From Candidatus Cloacimonadales bacterium (GTDB lineage Bacteria; Cloacimonadota; Cloacimonadia; G963667145): a stretch of 64,000 nucleotides of DNA. Shown here one piece after another: positions 38,976 through 48,200 of the stretch (positions are counted from its first letter, which is position 1; the number at the start of each line of letters is the position of its first letter). The translations under genes and the position numbers were made by a program. The DNA lies in assembly GCA_965140615.1 (NCBI GenBank), contig OZ223280.1, forward strand, positions 1,268,077 through 1,332,076, read 5' to 3'. The notes beneath the pieces are model-generated. The model was not told where the DNA came from and made no database searches. It saw only the letters and a list, made by a program, of their open reading frames with translations.

Positions 38976-40057
38976 TTGGGCGGTACACAGTAAAAGTATC
39001 CACCCTTATTTATTTTTTCTATATCTTTTAAATAATAATCTGTGATTATTGGGCTAATGTTCAAAACATTAAAATTGGGCTTCCTAGAATTTTCCCGCAA
39101 AATTTGCTTCGGAGTCTTACCTTTTCGCCCTCTGTTTCCTCTAAAATGATTAAAATACAGCGTATAACTGTGTGCTTTACGCACAAAATCGTTGCAATCA
39201 TCAAATTCATCAATCAGATAAAACTCGTCCTCTACCAGCCGATGAGCACTTTCAACATCAGAATTAAAAGTGGGCGAACCTTTGGGGATAAGCGAATGAT
39301 TAGCACCATTTATTTGCACACTTTTTTGAAAAAAGCTCAAACCCTTTTTCTTGGGACTCACAAACTCTGAGCCATTGTCGGTCTGAAAAGTAACTTTGGA
39401 AAGATCAACACCACAACTCTTTAATCTTTTAGACAAAAAATCGATATAAATCCCTGCATTTACGGATGTTTTCTCATAGCAATAACCGATAAATTGCATG
39501 CCAGTTTTGTAGTCTCTAGCAGTGATTTGATAGCGAGGATAATTTTTGTACTTAATCCCCTCAAACAACTCTGGCATATCGGTCAAATACTTAATATCCA
39601 CTTGGATTTTTTCAAAAGGTTTTGCCCTAGCTCGCATTTCACTTAAATCTTTGCGTTGCTGATATTTCCGTTTCTTTTTCTTTACCAAACCAGCATCACA
39701 GAGCTTTTTATGAACAGTCGAAGCTGAACAATTTAACTGCAAATGGTCAATAATTCGCCTAGCTCCCCAGCGGTTTTTTGCCTTTTTGCGACAAACTACT
39801 ATTTCCTCTATTATCTCAGATTTCAAGCGATTTGGGAAATTTTGCTCTTTTCGAGATTTATTAACCAGACCATCCTCGCCCTTTTCTTTATAGGCTTTGA
39901 CCCACTTTCGCACAGTTTTTCTAGTGGTCTCAAATTCTCTAGCTGCAGCGGAAATAGATGTTTCATTTGCAAATTTCACCAAATTTTTCCGATAAAATTT
40001 CTTGTCTTTTCTACTCATAATTTTCAAATTGTCTATATATTTGTTCATAATGGTCAA
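38933..40057 (-). CDS. DDE transposase (copy C); ORF reads through the IS end into copy B sequence
   Basis: MTIMNKYIDNL... 374 aa. The C-terminal tail ...VPPNHYEKIYRQFENYE is encoded by copy B DNA. Confidence 0.8.
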   Translation of the reverse strand: MTIMNKYIDNLKIMSRKDKKFYRKNLVKFANETSISAAAREFETTRKTVRKWVKAYKEKGEDGLVNKSRKEQNFPNRLKSEIIEEIVVCRKKAKNRWGARRIIDHLQLNCSASTVHKKLCDAGLVKKKKRKYQQRKDLSEMRARAKPFEKIQVDIKYLTDMPELFEGIKYKNYPRYQITARDYKTGMQFIGYCYEKTSVNAGIYIDFLSKRLKSCGVDLSKVTFQTDNGSEFVSPKKKGLSFFQKSVQINGANHSLIPKGSPTFNSDVESAHRLVEDEFYLIDEFDDCNDFVRKAHSYTLYFNHFRGNRGRKGKTPKQILRENSRKPNFNVLNISPIITDYYLKDIEKINKGGYFYCVPPNHYEKIYRQFENYE

Positions 40058-40197
40058 ATTACAGCTCTCACGGCTGATTTGACCATTTTTTTTACAGACT
40101 ATTTCTCCATTTTTCTAATTAACTTTTCCATTTTATCATAAACCAGCCAATTACAAATCACTAACTTGGGGTGGATACTTTTAGTGTGGAGTTTCCA
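38976..40197 (-). mobile_element. IS copy C (complete, 1222 bp) nested in copy B, flanked by a 15-bp near-perfect direct repeat
   Basis: Same ends as copy A. The flanks are ACCATTATGAAAAAA (38961-38975, reverse complement) and ACCATTATGAATAAA (40198-40212, reverse complement), with one mismatch. Confidence 0.75.
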
Positions 40198-40355
40198 TTT
40201 ATTCATAATGGTCAAATTACAGCTCTCACGGCTGATTTGACCATTTTTTTTACAGACTATTTCTCCATTTTTCTAATTAACTTTTCCATTTTATCATAAA
40301 CCAGCCAATTACAAATCACTAACTTTGGGTGGATACTTTTAGTGTGGAGTTTCCA
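40198..40355 (-). repeat. Displaced left end of IS copy B: left IR, leader and the first 3 codons
   Basis: 158 bp matching the left-end leader of copies A and C (…TGGAAACTCCACAC…GACCATTATGAATAAA). Confidence 0.7.
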
Positions 40356-40478
40356 GAGTTGACAAATTTTTCGATTGACAGACAAACCAGAGGCAAGAGG
40401 AATAGTCAAATGTAGATAAATTGTGGTAGGGTGTGAATATTTTTTTTAAAAACAAGAGGTAAGTAATAAATTTAAAAG

Positions 40479-42905
40479 ATGAACAAACAAAAGAAAATAG
40501 GAATTTTACTGAGTGTTTTTGGTAGTCTGGAGGTGGTGATAAACTCCTTGCTGGCTACCTCTTCTTTTGGGTTTAGGCAAGATTTGGTTTCTGGTCTGGG
40601 GTTGTCTTTTCCCACTTTTTGGGTTGTCTGCTCTTTGTTGCCTGTGGCTGGTCTTTTGGTTGCTTCTGGAAAAGTCTGGACGAAGGAGAAGAGCGAGTTG
40701 TGCTCGCTAGCTGTAGCTCAAGAGCCTGTGATGCCGGAGCATCTTATTAGTAGGGGTAAGGAACTCAAGGTTTTGCAAAAGAGGCTGAAGCGAAAAAATA
40801 TCGTGCTGATAGGTGGAGAAAAAAGTAGCGGAAAAAGTTTGCTTGCGGCAGAGTATTACGACAAGATGAAAGGCTACTACAAAGAGCGTTACTGGATTGG
40901 AGCTCAAAAAAGTATCGAAGAGTCGTTTTTGCGGTTTGGTGAGGAGCAGATTTTAGTGGGTAATGAGCAAAAACTTCCTGAAAAAAAAAGATTAGAGCGG
41001 ATTTTTGATAAGTTTGCAAAGCTTGAAAATTCTTTGCTGGTGGTGGACAATCTGAACGATGCTAGGCAAATGAAGATTTGCCTTTCTTGGTTAGAGAGGT
41101 GCAATAATTTGCAGGTGCTGATAACTACTCGCCTTCCTGAATTTCCAAATGTGGAGTATTTTCAGCTAGAGAGCCCTAAGTTGCGAGCTTGTCTTAAGCT
41201 TTTCAAAAAGCATTGTTCCAAGTGTAAGCCGAAAAAGATGCTGAAAGAGGTCGTTGAAAACTTAGGTAACAATGTTTTTTTAGTGCAGTTACTTGCCAAA
41301 AATTTGCAACACAATAGGAAACGAGACTCTGAATATACCTTATCCAATATGGTGGAAGATTTGCACAACGGTTTGCTGACTCTGGGCAAAAGTAAGAAAG
41401 TTGCGACAAAGAACAACGCTGGAAGTGATAAGCTCCAAGTTCGGCAGTTAGAGGAGCTGGTGATGGCTGTTTATGATGGCATGGATTTGGCAGAGCAAGA
41501 AAAGACATTACTTTCAGTTTTTGTTGTCTTGCCTAGCGAAAATATCGCGTGGCAATTTTTGGAAAGAAGTTACGGTGATGAGGGAGTGGAGAAGCATCTT
41601 ATGAGTTTGACAAAAAAAGGGCTTCTCAATTGGGACGAAAAAAGAAAGATTGTGTCAGTCTGCTCGCTAGTGGCAGAGGCAGTCGCTCATTTGCATAGAG
41701 ATAGGACTTTCGACGATTGCAAACCGATGTTGGAGCAGATTAGCCAGCAACTTTTTGGTAAAGAGATACTATCGGCTAAAAAGGCGAGATATAGCCAGCT
41801 TTTGCTTAGGTACACTTCGAGCGTAATGAAAGAGTTAGATGGACAAGGCAAAGAGATTGCTGTTTTGCATGGAGCTTTGGGGAACTATTACAAAAATGTG
41901 GGCGATTTGTCGTCTTCTTTACCTTCATACGGTAAAGCTTGTTTGATTTTTGAAGATTTGTGCAAGGGAAGTACCTCTAACCAAGACCTCAAGTACAATC
42001 TGGCAGTCTCTTATTATAAATTGGGAGCGATACACAAAGAATTGGAAAATGCGGTTAAAGCTCTGAAGTGTTTTGAGCTTAACACCAAACTCAACAAAGA
42101 GTTGTACGACGCTTATCCGCAAAATAGTTCTGTGCAAAGCAATTTGGCTTACTCTTTTGATTTACTGGGATTGATGCACAAGGAGTTGGATAATATGCAA
42201 AAGGCTCAAGTTTGCTACGGGAATTGTTTGAAATTGGTCGAGGAACTTTGTAGAACATTACCGCAGGAAAGTTCTTTCAAGAAGAGGTTGATAAAATCGT
42301 ATGAAAATCTGGGTGATATTCACAAAACAAGAAAAAATTTTAATCAAGCTTTGGAATGTTTTGAAAAGGGGACGAGGCAGGCTTTAAAGGTTTGTGAAGA
42401 GTTTGCAAAAGATGTCTCTGCCAAAAAAGATTTGGTGCAGTTATTTTCCAAGTTGGGTTTGTTGCAGATGAGCTTAAATCGGGTTGATCTGGCAGTTAGG
42501 TGCTTTAGCAGAGAGAACGCGTTGTATCGGCAGATGCATAAAAAAAACCCCAAAGAGCTTTTTTGGAAGCAAGGCTTAGCTGTTTCTTATGAGAAGTTGG
42601 GCACCATGCAGTCCAAATTGGGCGAACTGGACAAGGCACAAAAGAGCTTCGAGCAAGAAGTGTCTTTGTTTACCCAGCTTTGTAAATCTTTCCCACAAGA
42701 TGCGAACCTCGAAAACGGACTTGCTGTTTCTTATGCCAAATTTGCGACATTTTATCGAGCAAAACGCAAAGACACTCGACAAGCGCGGCACTATTTCGGC
42801 AAAGCTAAGTCGTTGTGGGGCAATCTGGTGGGACAATTTCCACAGAATCAGTTGTTTAGCAAGTTCTTGAGCAATGTGGAGAGGGATTTGCACAGGCTTA
42901 GGTAG
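40479..42905 (+). CDS. Membrane-anchored STAND NTPase: two N-terminal TM helices, an NB-ARC-type P-loop NTPase domain and C-terminal TPR repeats
   Basis: TM helices IGILLSVFGSLEVVINSLLATS and LSFPTFWVVCSLLPVAGLLVASG. Walker A VLIGGEKSSGKS. Walker B SLLVVDNLND. RNBS-B-like LQVLITTR. About 10 TPR-like units (..LAVSYEKLGTMQSKLGELDKAQKSFEQ..). Confidence 0.65.
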   Translation: MNKQKKIGILLSVFGSLEVVINSLLATSSFGFRQDLVSGLGLSFPTFWVVCSLLPVAGLLVASGKVWTKEKSELCSLAVAQEPVMPEHLISRGKELKVLQKRLKRKNIVLIGGEKSSGKSLLAAEYYDKMKGYYKERYWIGAQKSIEESFLRFGEEQILVGNEQKLPEKKRLERIFDKFAKLENSLLVVDNLNDARQMKICLSWLERCNNLQVLITTRLPEFPNVEYFQLESPKLRACLKLFKKHCSKCKPKKMLKEVVENLGNNVFLVQLLAKNLQHNRKRDSEYTLSNMVEDLHNGLLTLGKSKKVATKNNAGSDKLQVRQLEELVMAVYDGMDLAEQEKTLLSVFVVLPSENIAWQFLERSYGDEGVEKHLMSLTKKGLLNWDEKRKIVSVCSLVAEAVAHLHRDRTFDDCKPMLEQISQQLFGKEILSAKKARYSQLLLRYTSSVMKELDGQGKEIAVLHGALGNYYKNVGDLSSSLPSYGKACLIFEDLCKGSTSNQDLKYNLAVSYYKLGAIHKELENAVKALKCFELNTKLNKELYDAYPQNSSVQSNLAYSFDLLGLMHKELDNMQKAQVCYGNCLKLVEELCRTLPQESSFKKRLIKSYENLGDIHKTRKNFNQALECFEKGTRQALKVCEEFAKDVSAKKDLVQLFSKLGLLQMSLNRVDLAVRCFSRENALYRQMHKKNPKELFWKQGLAVSYEKLGTMQSKLGELDKAQKSFEQEVSLFTQLCKSFPQDANLENGLAVSYAKFATFYRAKRKDTRQARHYFGKAKSLWGNLVGQFPQNQLFSKFLSNVERDLHRLR

Positions 42906-42949
42906 CGGAGCTTACGGTTAATAGTTGATGAGGAGAAAATCCCACTGTC

Positions 42950-43175
42950 TCTTAATCTTGAACACCACCAGAGTTTTGTCATCAACCGTTTTCACTTTGG
43001 CATACCACTTGTTTTGTGTTCTCACTTGCTCTGATTGTTGCACACCACCTGCCTTGTGCTACCACCTGCCCTCATTTCTACTCACCACCAGTCTTGTGCC
43101 ACCACTTCATACTATTCTTGCTCACTATCAGTTTTGCCTTCTCCACCTAGCTTCATTCTTTTGAAAGCAGGAATT
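42950..43175 (+). repeat. Pyrimidine-rich tract (about 12% G on the plus strand) made of roughly 9 degenerate ~20-22-bp periodic units
   Basis: Recurrent CACCACCWG..YTTGTGYY-like units. No convincing ORF. Complement strand carries repeated AGGTGG/GGTGGTG. Confidence 0.5.
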
Positions 43176-43439
43176 TATCGTCCCAGACGATGCTTTCAAG
43201 GGTCAGGAAAGGGCGGCGTCTTACTTTTCCCCTCAACCATTATTCCTCAGTAACTTTTAACTGGGGGCGTTAGCCCACCTGTAGGCGACTCACCCCAAAA
43301 AGCAAAGCTCACAACACCAATATTTGCAAGATGATGAGTTTCTGCTTACCTTGCAAATAATTTCCTTGACCGATAAACCCCAGCAGTTCCTTTGGTCTGT
43401 AGTAAGAAAAATACAGCAAAAAGTGGGGTGATGTTACTT

Positions 43440-43649
43440 ATGCCGATGGTCGTTACTAAAAATAAAGAGCCTTTTGAGGTGTTGCTTCGTAAGTTTAAGA
43501 AGAAGTGCGAGATGGCGGGTGTGCTTTCTGATATTAAGAAAAACCAACGCTACGAAAAGCCTTCTGTTAAAAAACGCCGAGAAGTAAACGCGGTAAAAAG
43601 AAAGCTTTTTAACAAGCAACGCAAGTTGACTCGATTGAGAGGGTATTAG
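43440..43649 (+). CDS. rpsU: 30S ribosomal protein bS21
   Basis: MPMVVTKNKEPFEVLLRKFKKKCEMAGVLSDIKKNQRYEKPS... The longer ORF from 43392 is likely an extension; the true start may be a few codons upstream. Confidence 0.8.
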   Translation: MPMVVTKNKEPFEVLLRKFKKKCEMAGVLSDIKKNQRYEKPSVKKRREVNAVKRKLFNKQRKLTRLRGY

Positions 43650-43732
43650 TTTTTATTAAGCTAAAAAAATGAGGCAGTGTCGTATTCTGGTCGTGAAGTG
43701 ATAAGAATTAGGCATTGCCTTTTGTTTGTGGT

Positions 43733-44206
43733 ATGAATATTTTAGATATTATTTTATTGGTTTTCATTTTCGCATTGCTGGTCTACGGCTTCGTGAAAGG
43801 GTTCGTCTGCTTCTTGACCAAGGTGCTGGCAATAATCGGGACTGCCGTGTTGGGTGTGCTTTTTGGCGATCTGCTGGGCATCGTGCTTGCTCGGGAACTA
43901 GGTGTTTCTGCAGTAGTGGGCAAGCTCATCTCGTATCTGCTCATCTTCTTGGCAGTGGTCATCTTGCTCAAGGTGTTTAGTGTTTACATCCATAAAGGAC
44001 TTAATTTCTTGGACTTAGGGCTGTACGATAGAGCTTTAGGAGCGATGTTTATCGTCTTTCTTTTCTTGGGCTTACTAGCCTTAATCTTCTTAGGAATTAG
44101 AATATTTTTTGATTATAACTTGTTAGAGAGTCAAGCAGTAGTCTCGTCTCGGATATTGGGGGCACTCTTTGGTGCAGTGCAACGGTTTTACCCCGAAGTG
44201 CTGTAA
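43733..44206 (+). CDS. cvpA: CvpA-family membrane protein
   Basis: MNILDIILLVFIFALLVYGFVKG... 4 TM helices, CvpA-like. Confidence 0.65.
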   Translation: MNILDIILLVFIFALLVYGFVKGFVCFLTKVLAIIGTAVLGVLFGDLLGIVLARELGVSAVVGKLISYLLIFLAVVILLKVFSVYIHKGLNFLDLGLYDRALGAMFIVFLFLGLLALIFLGIRIFFDYNLLESQAVVSSRILGALFGAVQRFYPEVL

Positions 44207-44211
44207 GAAGG

Positions 44212-44928
44212 ATGCAGAAGCAGATGTTGAACGCAAGCAAGAAAGTTTATGTGTTAGATGACGAGCTGGACATCTTGGAGCTGGTGAAGGCGAGCCTTAC
44301 AGACCCAAACCTCGAGGTGGAGTTGTTTTCTGACTATCGCTTGTTTGAGGACGCAGTGATAGCTTCGCTCCCCGACTTGGTGCTTTTAGACCTGATGTTG
44401 CCGGGCAAAGATGGACTGGAGATTTGCAAAGACCTCAAAAGAGCTTATCCTCAGCTGATGGTCTTGATGCTCACTGCTAGGGGCGACATCATAGACAAGG
44501 TGTTAGGGTTGGAGCTGGGTGCGGACGACTACATCACCAAGCCTTTTCATCCTAAAGAGCTCTTGGCTCGGGTGCGAGCCTTTTTGCGACGAGAGAGCCT
44601 TTGCGGTGCGGACGCACAGGGCAGACAGCCGAGTGATGTCAAACGAAAGCTAGGGCAATCTTTGCTTATCGACTTTGCCTCCCATCTGGTATGGGAAGAC
44701 GGCAAGCAGGTCAAGCTCACCTTTGCGGAGTTTTCTATCCTCGATTTGCTCTCGAGCAGGCTGGGAGTAGTGCAGACTCGACAAAAGATATTGGATTTCG
44801 TCTGGGGGCAAGAGAAGATAGTAACCGACCGCAGTGTGGATGTTCACATCGCTAAACTGCGGAGCAAGCTGAAGAGCGTTGAAATCGCAGGAGTTCGCTC
44901 TGTGGGGTACAAGTTGGAGTTGAGATGA
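44212..44928 (+). CDS. OmpR-family response regulator: receiver domain plus winged-helix DNA-binding domain
   Basis: VLDDELDI...LLDLMLPGKDG (receiver Asp) and a C-terminal Trans_reg_C. Confidence 0.85.
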   Translation: MQKQMLNASKKVYVLDDELDILELVKASLTDPNLEVELFSDYRLFEDAVIASLPDLVLLDLMLPGKDGLEICKDLKRAYPQLMVLMLTARGDIIDKVLGLELGADDYITKPFHPKELLARVRAFLRRESLCGADAQGRQPSDVKRKLGQSLLIDFASHLVWEDGKQVKLTFAEFSILDLLSSRLGVVQTRQKILDFVWGQEKIVTDRSVDVHIAKLRSKLKSVEIAGVRSVGYKLELR

Positions 44929-46079
44929 GCTGGGTGCTAGCGGTGGCGTGTGTGGTGCTGGCAGTGGCTTGCTGGCTGGCTGATAGACGGTATCAGGGGT
45001 TGCTACGAGCCGTCAGGCGGCTAGCACAGGATGGCAAGGTGGACACCCTGCAAACTGGCAAAGCGTGGTCTGTGTACTTGCAGGAGCTCAAAGGGCAACG
45101 GAGAAAGGAGAAGCAACGAACACTGCGGGAGAAGAACGATCTGAAAGGCGTGCTACAGTTTTTGCCATCGCCCGTGTGGATACAAGATAAGCAGGGGATG
45201 GTACTGCGTGGTAACGGTGCGTTTTGCGAGCTTTTGGGCAAAGATTTTGAGCCCGACTTTTACTGGAATTTGATAGAAACACCTGAGCTTTTTAGGTTCG
45301 TAGACTCTTTTGATGAAGGTAAGAAGAACACTCAAAACATCAAACTTGGCGATGCTCATTTCGTGGCTGGAGGCTCGCCTTTGCCCTCTGGTGGCAAGCT
45401 TTTTGTTTTGCAAGATATAAGCCAGCTGTATGAACTGCAATTGCTGAAGAAAGATTTGCTGATAAACATCTCCCACGAGTTGAAGACTCCCTTGACCACC
45501 ATTAGTGGCTTTTTGGAGTTATTGCCTGCCGAGGATAACAAGGTGCTAACCATCTTGAAGAGGAACGCCGAGCGGCTGAAATCTTTGGTGGACGATATCT
45601 TGCAGTTGGCGAGCATGGAGTCAGCAGTGGATTTGGAGCTAGAGCAGGTGGATTTGGTGGAGGTCGTGCAGGAGAGCAAGCTCTTGTTTCCTGAGAGTAA
45701 GATACCTATCCAGACCAGATTTTCTGCCCCTGTGATAAAGATAGAGGCGGATTTCTTCCGATTGCAACAGGTGGTGGTAAACCTGCTGAGTAACGCTGTG
45801 AAGTACACACAGCACGGTAAGATAGTGGTGGAGGTCGGTAGCTCGGACACTCAAACTTATCTGCTTGTGGAGGACACAGGGGTGGGCATCTCTGCCGAGA
45901 ACTTGCCCAAAATTTTCCAAAGATTTTTCGTGGGAGACAGATCGCGAGCTAAGACGGTGGATAACACGGGGTTGGGGCTGGCGATAGTCAAGAGCATTGT
46001 GGAAAAGCATGGATGGAGCATTGCTGTGGAGAGTCAGCTGGCAGTGGGCACAAAGGTGCGAGTGAACATCCCGCACTAG
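44925..46079 (+). CDS. Sensor histidine kinase: TM region, a PAS-like domain, HisKA and HATPase_c
   Basis: ISHELKTPLTTISGFLELL (H-box), N-box ..LLSNAVKYT.., G-boxes DTGVGI and GLGLAIVK. Confidence 0.85.
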   Translation: MSWVLAVACVVLAVACWLADRRYQGLLRAVRRLAQDGKVDTLQTGKAWSVYLQELKGQRRKEKQRTLREKNDLKGVLQFLPSPVWIQDKQGMVLRGNGAFCELLGKDFEPDFYWNLIETPELFRFVDSFDEGKKNTQNIKLGDAHFVAGGSPLPSGGKLFVLQDISQLYELQLLKKDLLINISHELKTPLTTISGFLELLPAEDNKVLTILKRNAERLKSLVDDILQLASMESAVDLELEQVDLVEVVQESKLLFPESKIPIQTRFSAPVIKIEADFFRLQQVVVNLLSNAVKYTQHGKIVVEVGSSDTQTYLLVEDTGVGISAENLPKIFQRFFVGDRSRAKTVDNTGLGLAIVKSIVEKHGWSIAVESQLAVGTKVRVNIPH

Positions 46080-46082
46080 AAG

Positions 46083-46598
46083 ATGAAAAGCGTGCAGATA
46101 GAAGATTACTTGCCCTTGATAAGAGGAGTGATAAAGCGTTACGGTTTGAGTAATAAGCAGTTGCAAGAAGATTTGGAGCAAGAAGGGTTTTTGGGAATTT
46201 TGGAAGCTCAAAAAAGGTTCGACCCCAGCAAAGGCGTGATGTTTTCTACTTACGCTTACTTTTGGGTAAAAAAAAAGGTTTTGGCTTATCTTGGTCAGGA
46301 GCTAGACCAAAAAAGCCAAGCTCTCTCACAGAAGTTCATGGACGAGGTAGCTATAGATGATGTGCCTTTTGAGGAAACTTATCAAAGTGCAAAAAGTTGC
46401 CTTGCACACCTGCCAGAAGATATGCCAGATAGCGAGCAAGAGGTGTTAGAGCTGTTTTTTGATAAGAGGCTACCTTTGTCTGAGATCGCTAAGCGATTGG
46501 GCTTTAGCAGGGAAAAGGTACGAGCCCTGAAGGTAAAAGCTCTGCGACGGTTGAAAGCAAATCTTGCTGATAAAAAGGGCAATAATTTCTTAAAATAA
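46083..46598 (+). CDS. Small sigma-70-family sigma factor with regions 2 and 4 only
   Basis: FDPSKGVMFSTYAYFWVKKKV (region 2.x). Region 4 HTH LSEIAKRLGFSREKVRALKVKALRRLK. Translationally coupled to the HK gene. Confidence 0.7.
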   Translation: MKSVQIEDYLPLIRGVIKRYGLSNKQLQEDLEQEGFLGILEAQKRFDPSKGVMFSTYAYFWVKKKVLAYLGQELDQKSQALSQKFMDEVAIDDVPFEETYQSAKSCLAHLPEDMPDSEQEVLELFFDKRLPLSEIAKRLGFSREKVRALKVKALRRLKANLADKKGNNFLK

Positions 46599-46665
46599 AT
46601 TGACACGAAAACTGCAAAAAATTTTCTAAATAAACTTAGCAACTTCTTGGTTAGTATTTGCTAAA

Positions 46666-46741
46666 GGGGCATTAGCTCAGTTGGTAGAGCACTACACTGG
46701 CAGTGTAGGGGTCAGCGGTTCAAGTCCGCTATGCTCCACCA
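46666..46741 (+). tRNA. tRNA-Ala, anticodon GGC, with encoded CCA
   Basis: Cloverleaf: acceptor stem GGGGCAT/ATGCTCC with the G3·U70 alanine identity pair; D-arm AGCTCAGTTGGTAGAGC; anticodon loop CTGGCAG; T-arm GGTTCAAGTCC; 3' ACCA. Confidence 0.9.
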
Positions 46742-46753
46742 TTTTCTCTTTAA

Positions 46754-46796
46754 AAACGCTTGTTTACTCTTGTAGTGAATAAGCGTTTTTTTTTCT
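46754..46796 (+). terminator. Rho-independent terminator after tRNA-Ala
   Basis: AACGCTTGTTTAC ... TGAATAAGCGTT imperfect hairpin followed by a T9 run. Confidence 0.5.
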
Positions 46797-46878
46797 TGAC
46801 TTTATATTTCGCTTGGCTTTCTTGTCAATTAAGTCATTTTACTAATTTGAATCAAATTTTAGTTAGGAGCTGATTAAG

Positions 46879-48141
46879 ATGATAAAGATTTTAGATAATC
46901 AAAGTTTACCCGAAAATTTTTATACCCCTTTGGATTACACAGAAGGGGATGTAGTGCAAGGGATATTGGACGATGTAAAACGCCGTGGAGATGAGGCTTT
47001 GCGACGATATACGCAGAAATTCGACGGTGTAGATTTGGCAAAGTTTCGGGTGGAGGCTCAGCAGATAAAAAAAGCTTACGAGGCTCTTACCGAAGAGCAA
47101 GTGGAGACTATCAGGTACGCCAAGGGCAATTTGGAGAAGTTTGCTGAGGCACAGCTGGCTCAGGCGAAAGATTTTGAGATAGAGACGCAAGAGGGTGTGT
47201 GGTGCGGGCAACGGGTGGTGCCAATACAGAAGGTGTGTGTTTACGCACCGGGTGGTAACTTCCCATTGCCCTCGTCTGTGCTGATGGGGGCTGTGCCCGC
47301 CAAAGTGGCTGGGTGTGGCTCTGTTGTGCTGAGTTCGCCCCCTAGTTACCATGGTGGTGTGCATCCAGCTGTGCTGGTGGCAGCGGACATTGCTGGCGTG
47401 GATGAGGTCTACGCTCTGGGTGGAGTGCAGGCTATCGGTGGTTTTGCCTTTGGTACGGAGTCTATTGCTCGCGTGGATTTGATAGTGGGTCCTGGGAATA
47501 AGTATGTAACCTTGGCGAAGAAGAGCGTGTATGGCGTAGTGGGTATCGACTTTGTGGCAGGACCATCGGAGGTGATGATTATCGCCGACAATCAGGCTCG
47601 TGCGGACTATATCGCTGCGGATATGCTGGCTCAGGCAGAACACGACCTGCATGCGAGTGCATTCTTGCTGACGGACAGCAAAGAGCTTGCTCAGAAGGTG
47701 CAGCTAGAGTTGGAGGAGCAGCTTAAAGTGCTGGGAACAAGGCAGATAGCCAGAGAGTCTATAGACAAGAATAGCTGTATTGTGCTTTGTGATGATTTGG
47801 CTCAAGCTGTACAAATATCTAATGCCAAAGCTCCTGAGCATTTGGAGTTGCAGACGGTGGATAACAACAAGTTGATACCGAGATTGAGCAACTACGGTTC
47901 GTTGTTTATCGGGGAGAAGTCCGTGGAGGCTCTGGGCGATTACTCTGCGGGAGTGAACCACACATTGCCCACAGGCTTGGCTGCTCGCTACACAGCGGGG
48001 CTTTCGGTGAACAATTTTATCAAGAAGCAGACGACACTGCGGGTGGAAAAGAGCGGAGAGGCGACTAGAGTTGCCAAGATCTTTGCTCAGATGGAAGGGC
48101 TGGAGGCTCACGGCAAGTCAGCTGGGAAAAGGCTGAGCTAG
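46879..48141 (+). CDS. hisD: Histidinol dehydrogenase
   Basis: ..[26 protein letters not shown].., QAEHD, and conserved Zn-binding residues. Confidence 0.9.
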   Translation: MIKILDNQSLPENFYTPLDYTEGDVVQGILDDVKRRGDEALRRYTQKFDGVDLAKFRVEAQQIKKAYEALTEEQVETIRYAKGNLEKFAEAQLAQAKDFEIETQEGVWCGQRVVPIQKVCVYAPGGNFPLPSSVLMGAVPAKVAGCGSVVLSSPPSYHGGVHPAVLVAADIAGVDEVYALGGVQAIGGFAFGTESIARVDLIVGPGNKYVTLAKKSVYGVVGIDFVAGPSEVMIIADNQARADYIAADMLAQAEHDLHASAFLLTDSKELAQKVQLELEEQLKVLGTRQIARESIDKNSCIVLCDDLAQAVQISNAKAPEHLELQTVDNNKLIPRLSNYGSLFIGEKSVEALGDYSAGVNHTLPTGLAARYTAGLSVNNFIKKQTTLRVEKSGEATRVAKIFAQMEGLEAHGKSAGKRLS

Positions 48142-48200
48142 CAGATTTTTGAGTATATACTTTTTTTACGAAGGAAATAAGGTAAAATAAGGAGGTAGAT

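Noticed and set aside
42950-43175. Possible CRISPR array
   Set aside because: The units are degenerate (~20 bp, no exact repeats) and not separated by unique spacers. No cas genes nearby.
42925-43253. Two overlapping plus-strand ORFs (79 and 72 aa) in the region between the STAND gene and rpsU
   Set aside because: Low-complexity Pro/Leu/Cys/His-rich translations of the pyrimidine-rich periodic tract, with no start context. Reported as a repeat or ncRNA candidate instead.
46599-46660. Possible promoter for tRNA-Ala (TTGACA at 46599)
   Set aside because: No convincing -10 element at 16-19 bp spacing, and the tRNA may be co-transcribed with the upstream sigma operon. Too weak to call.
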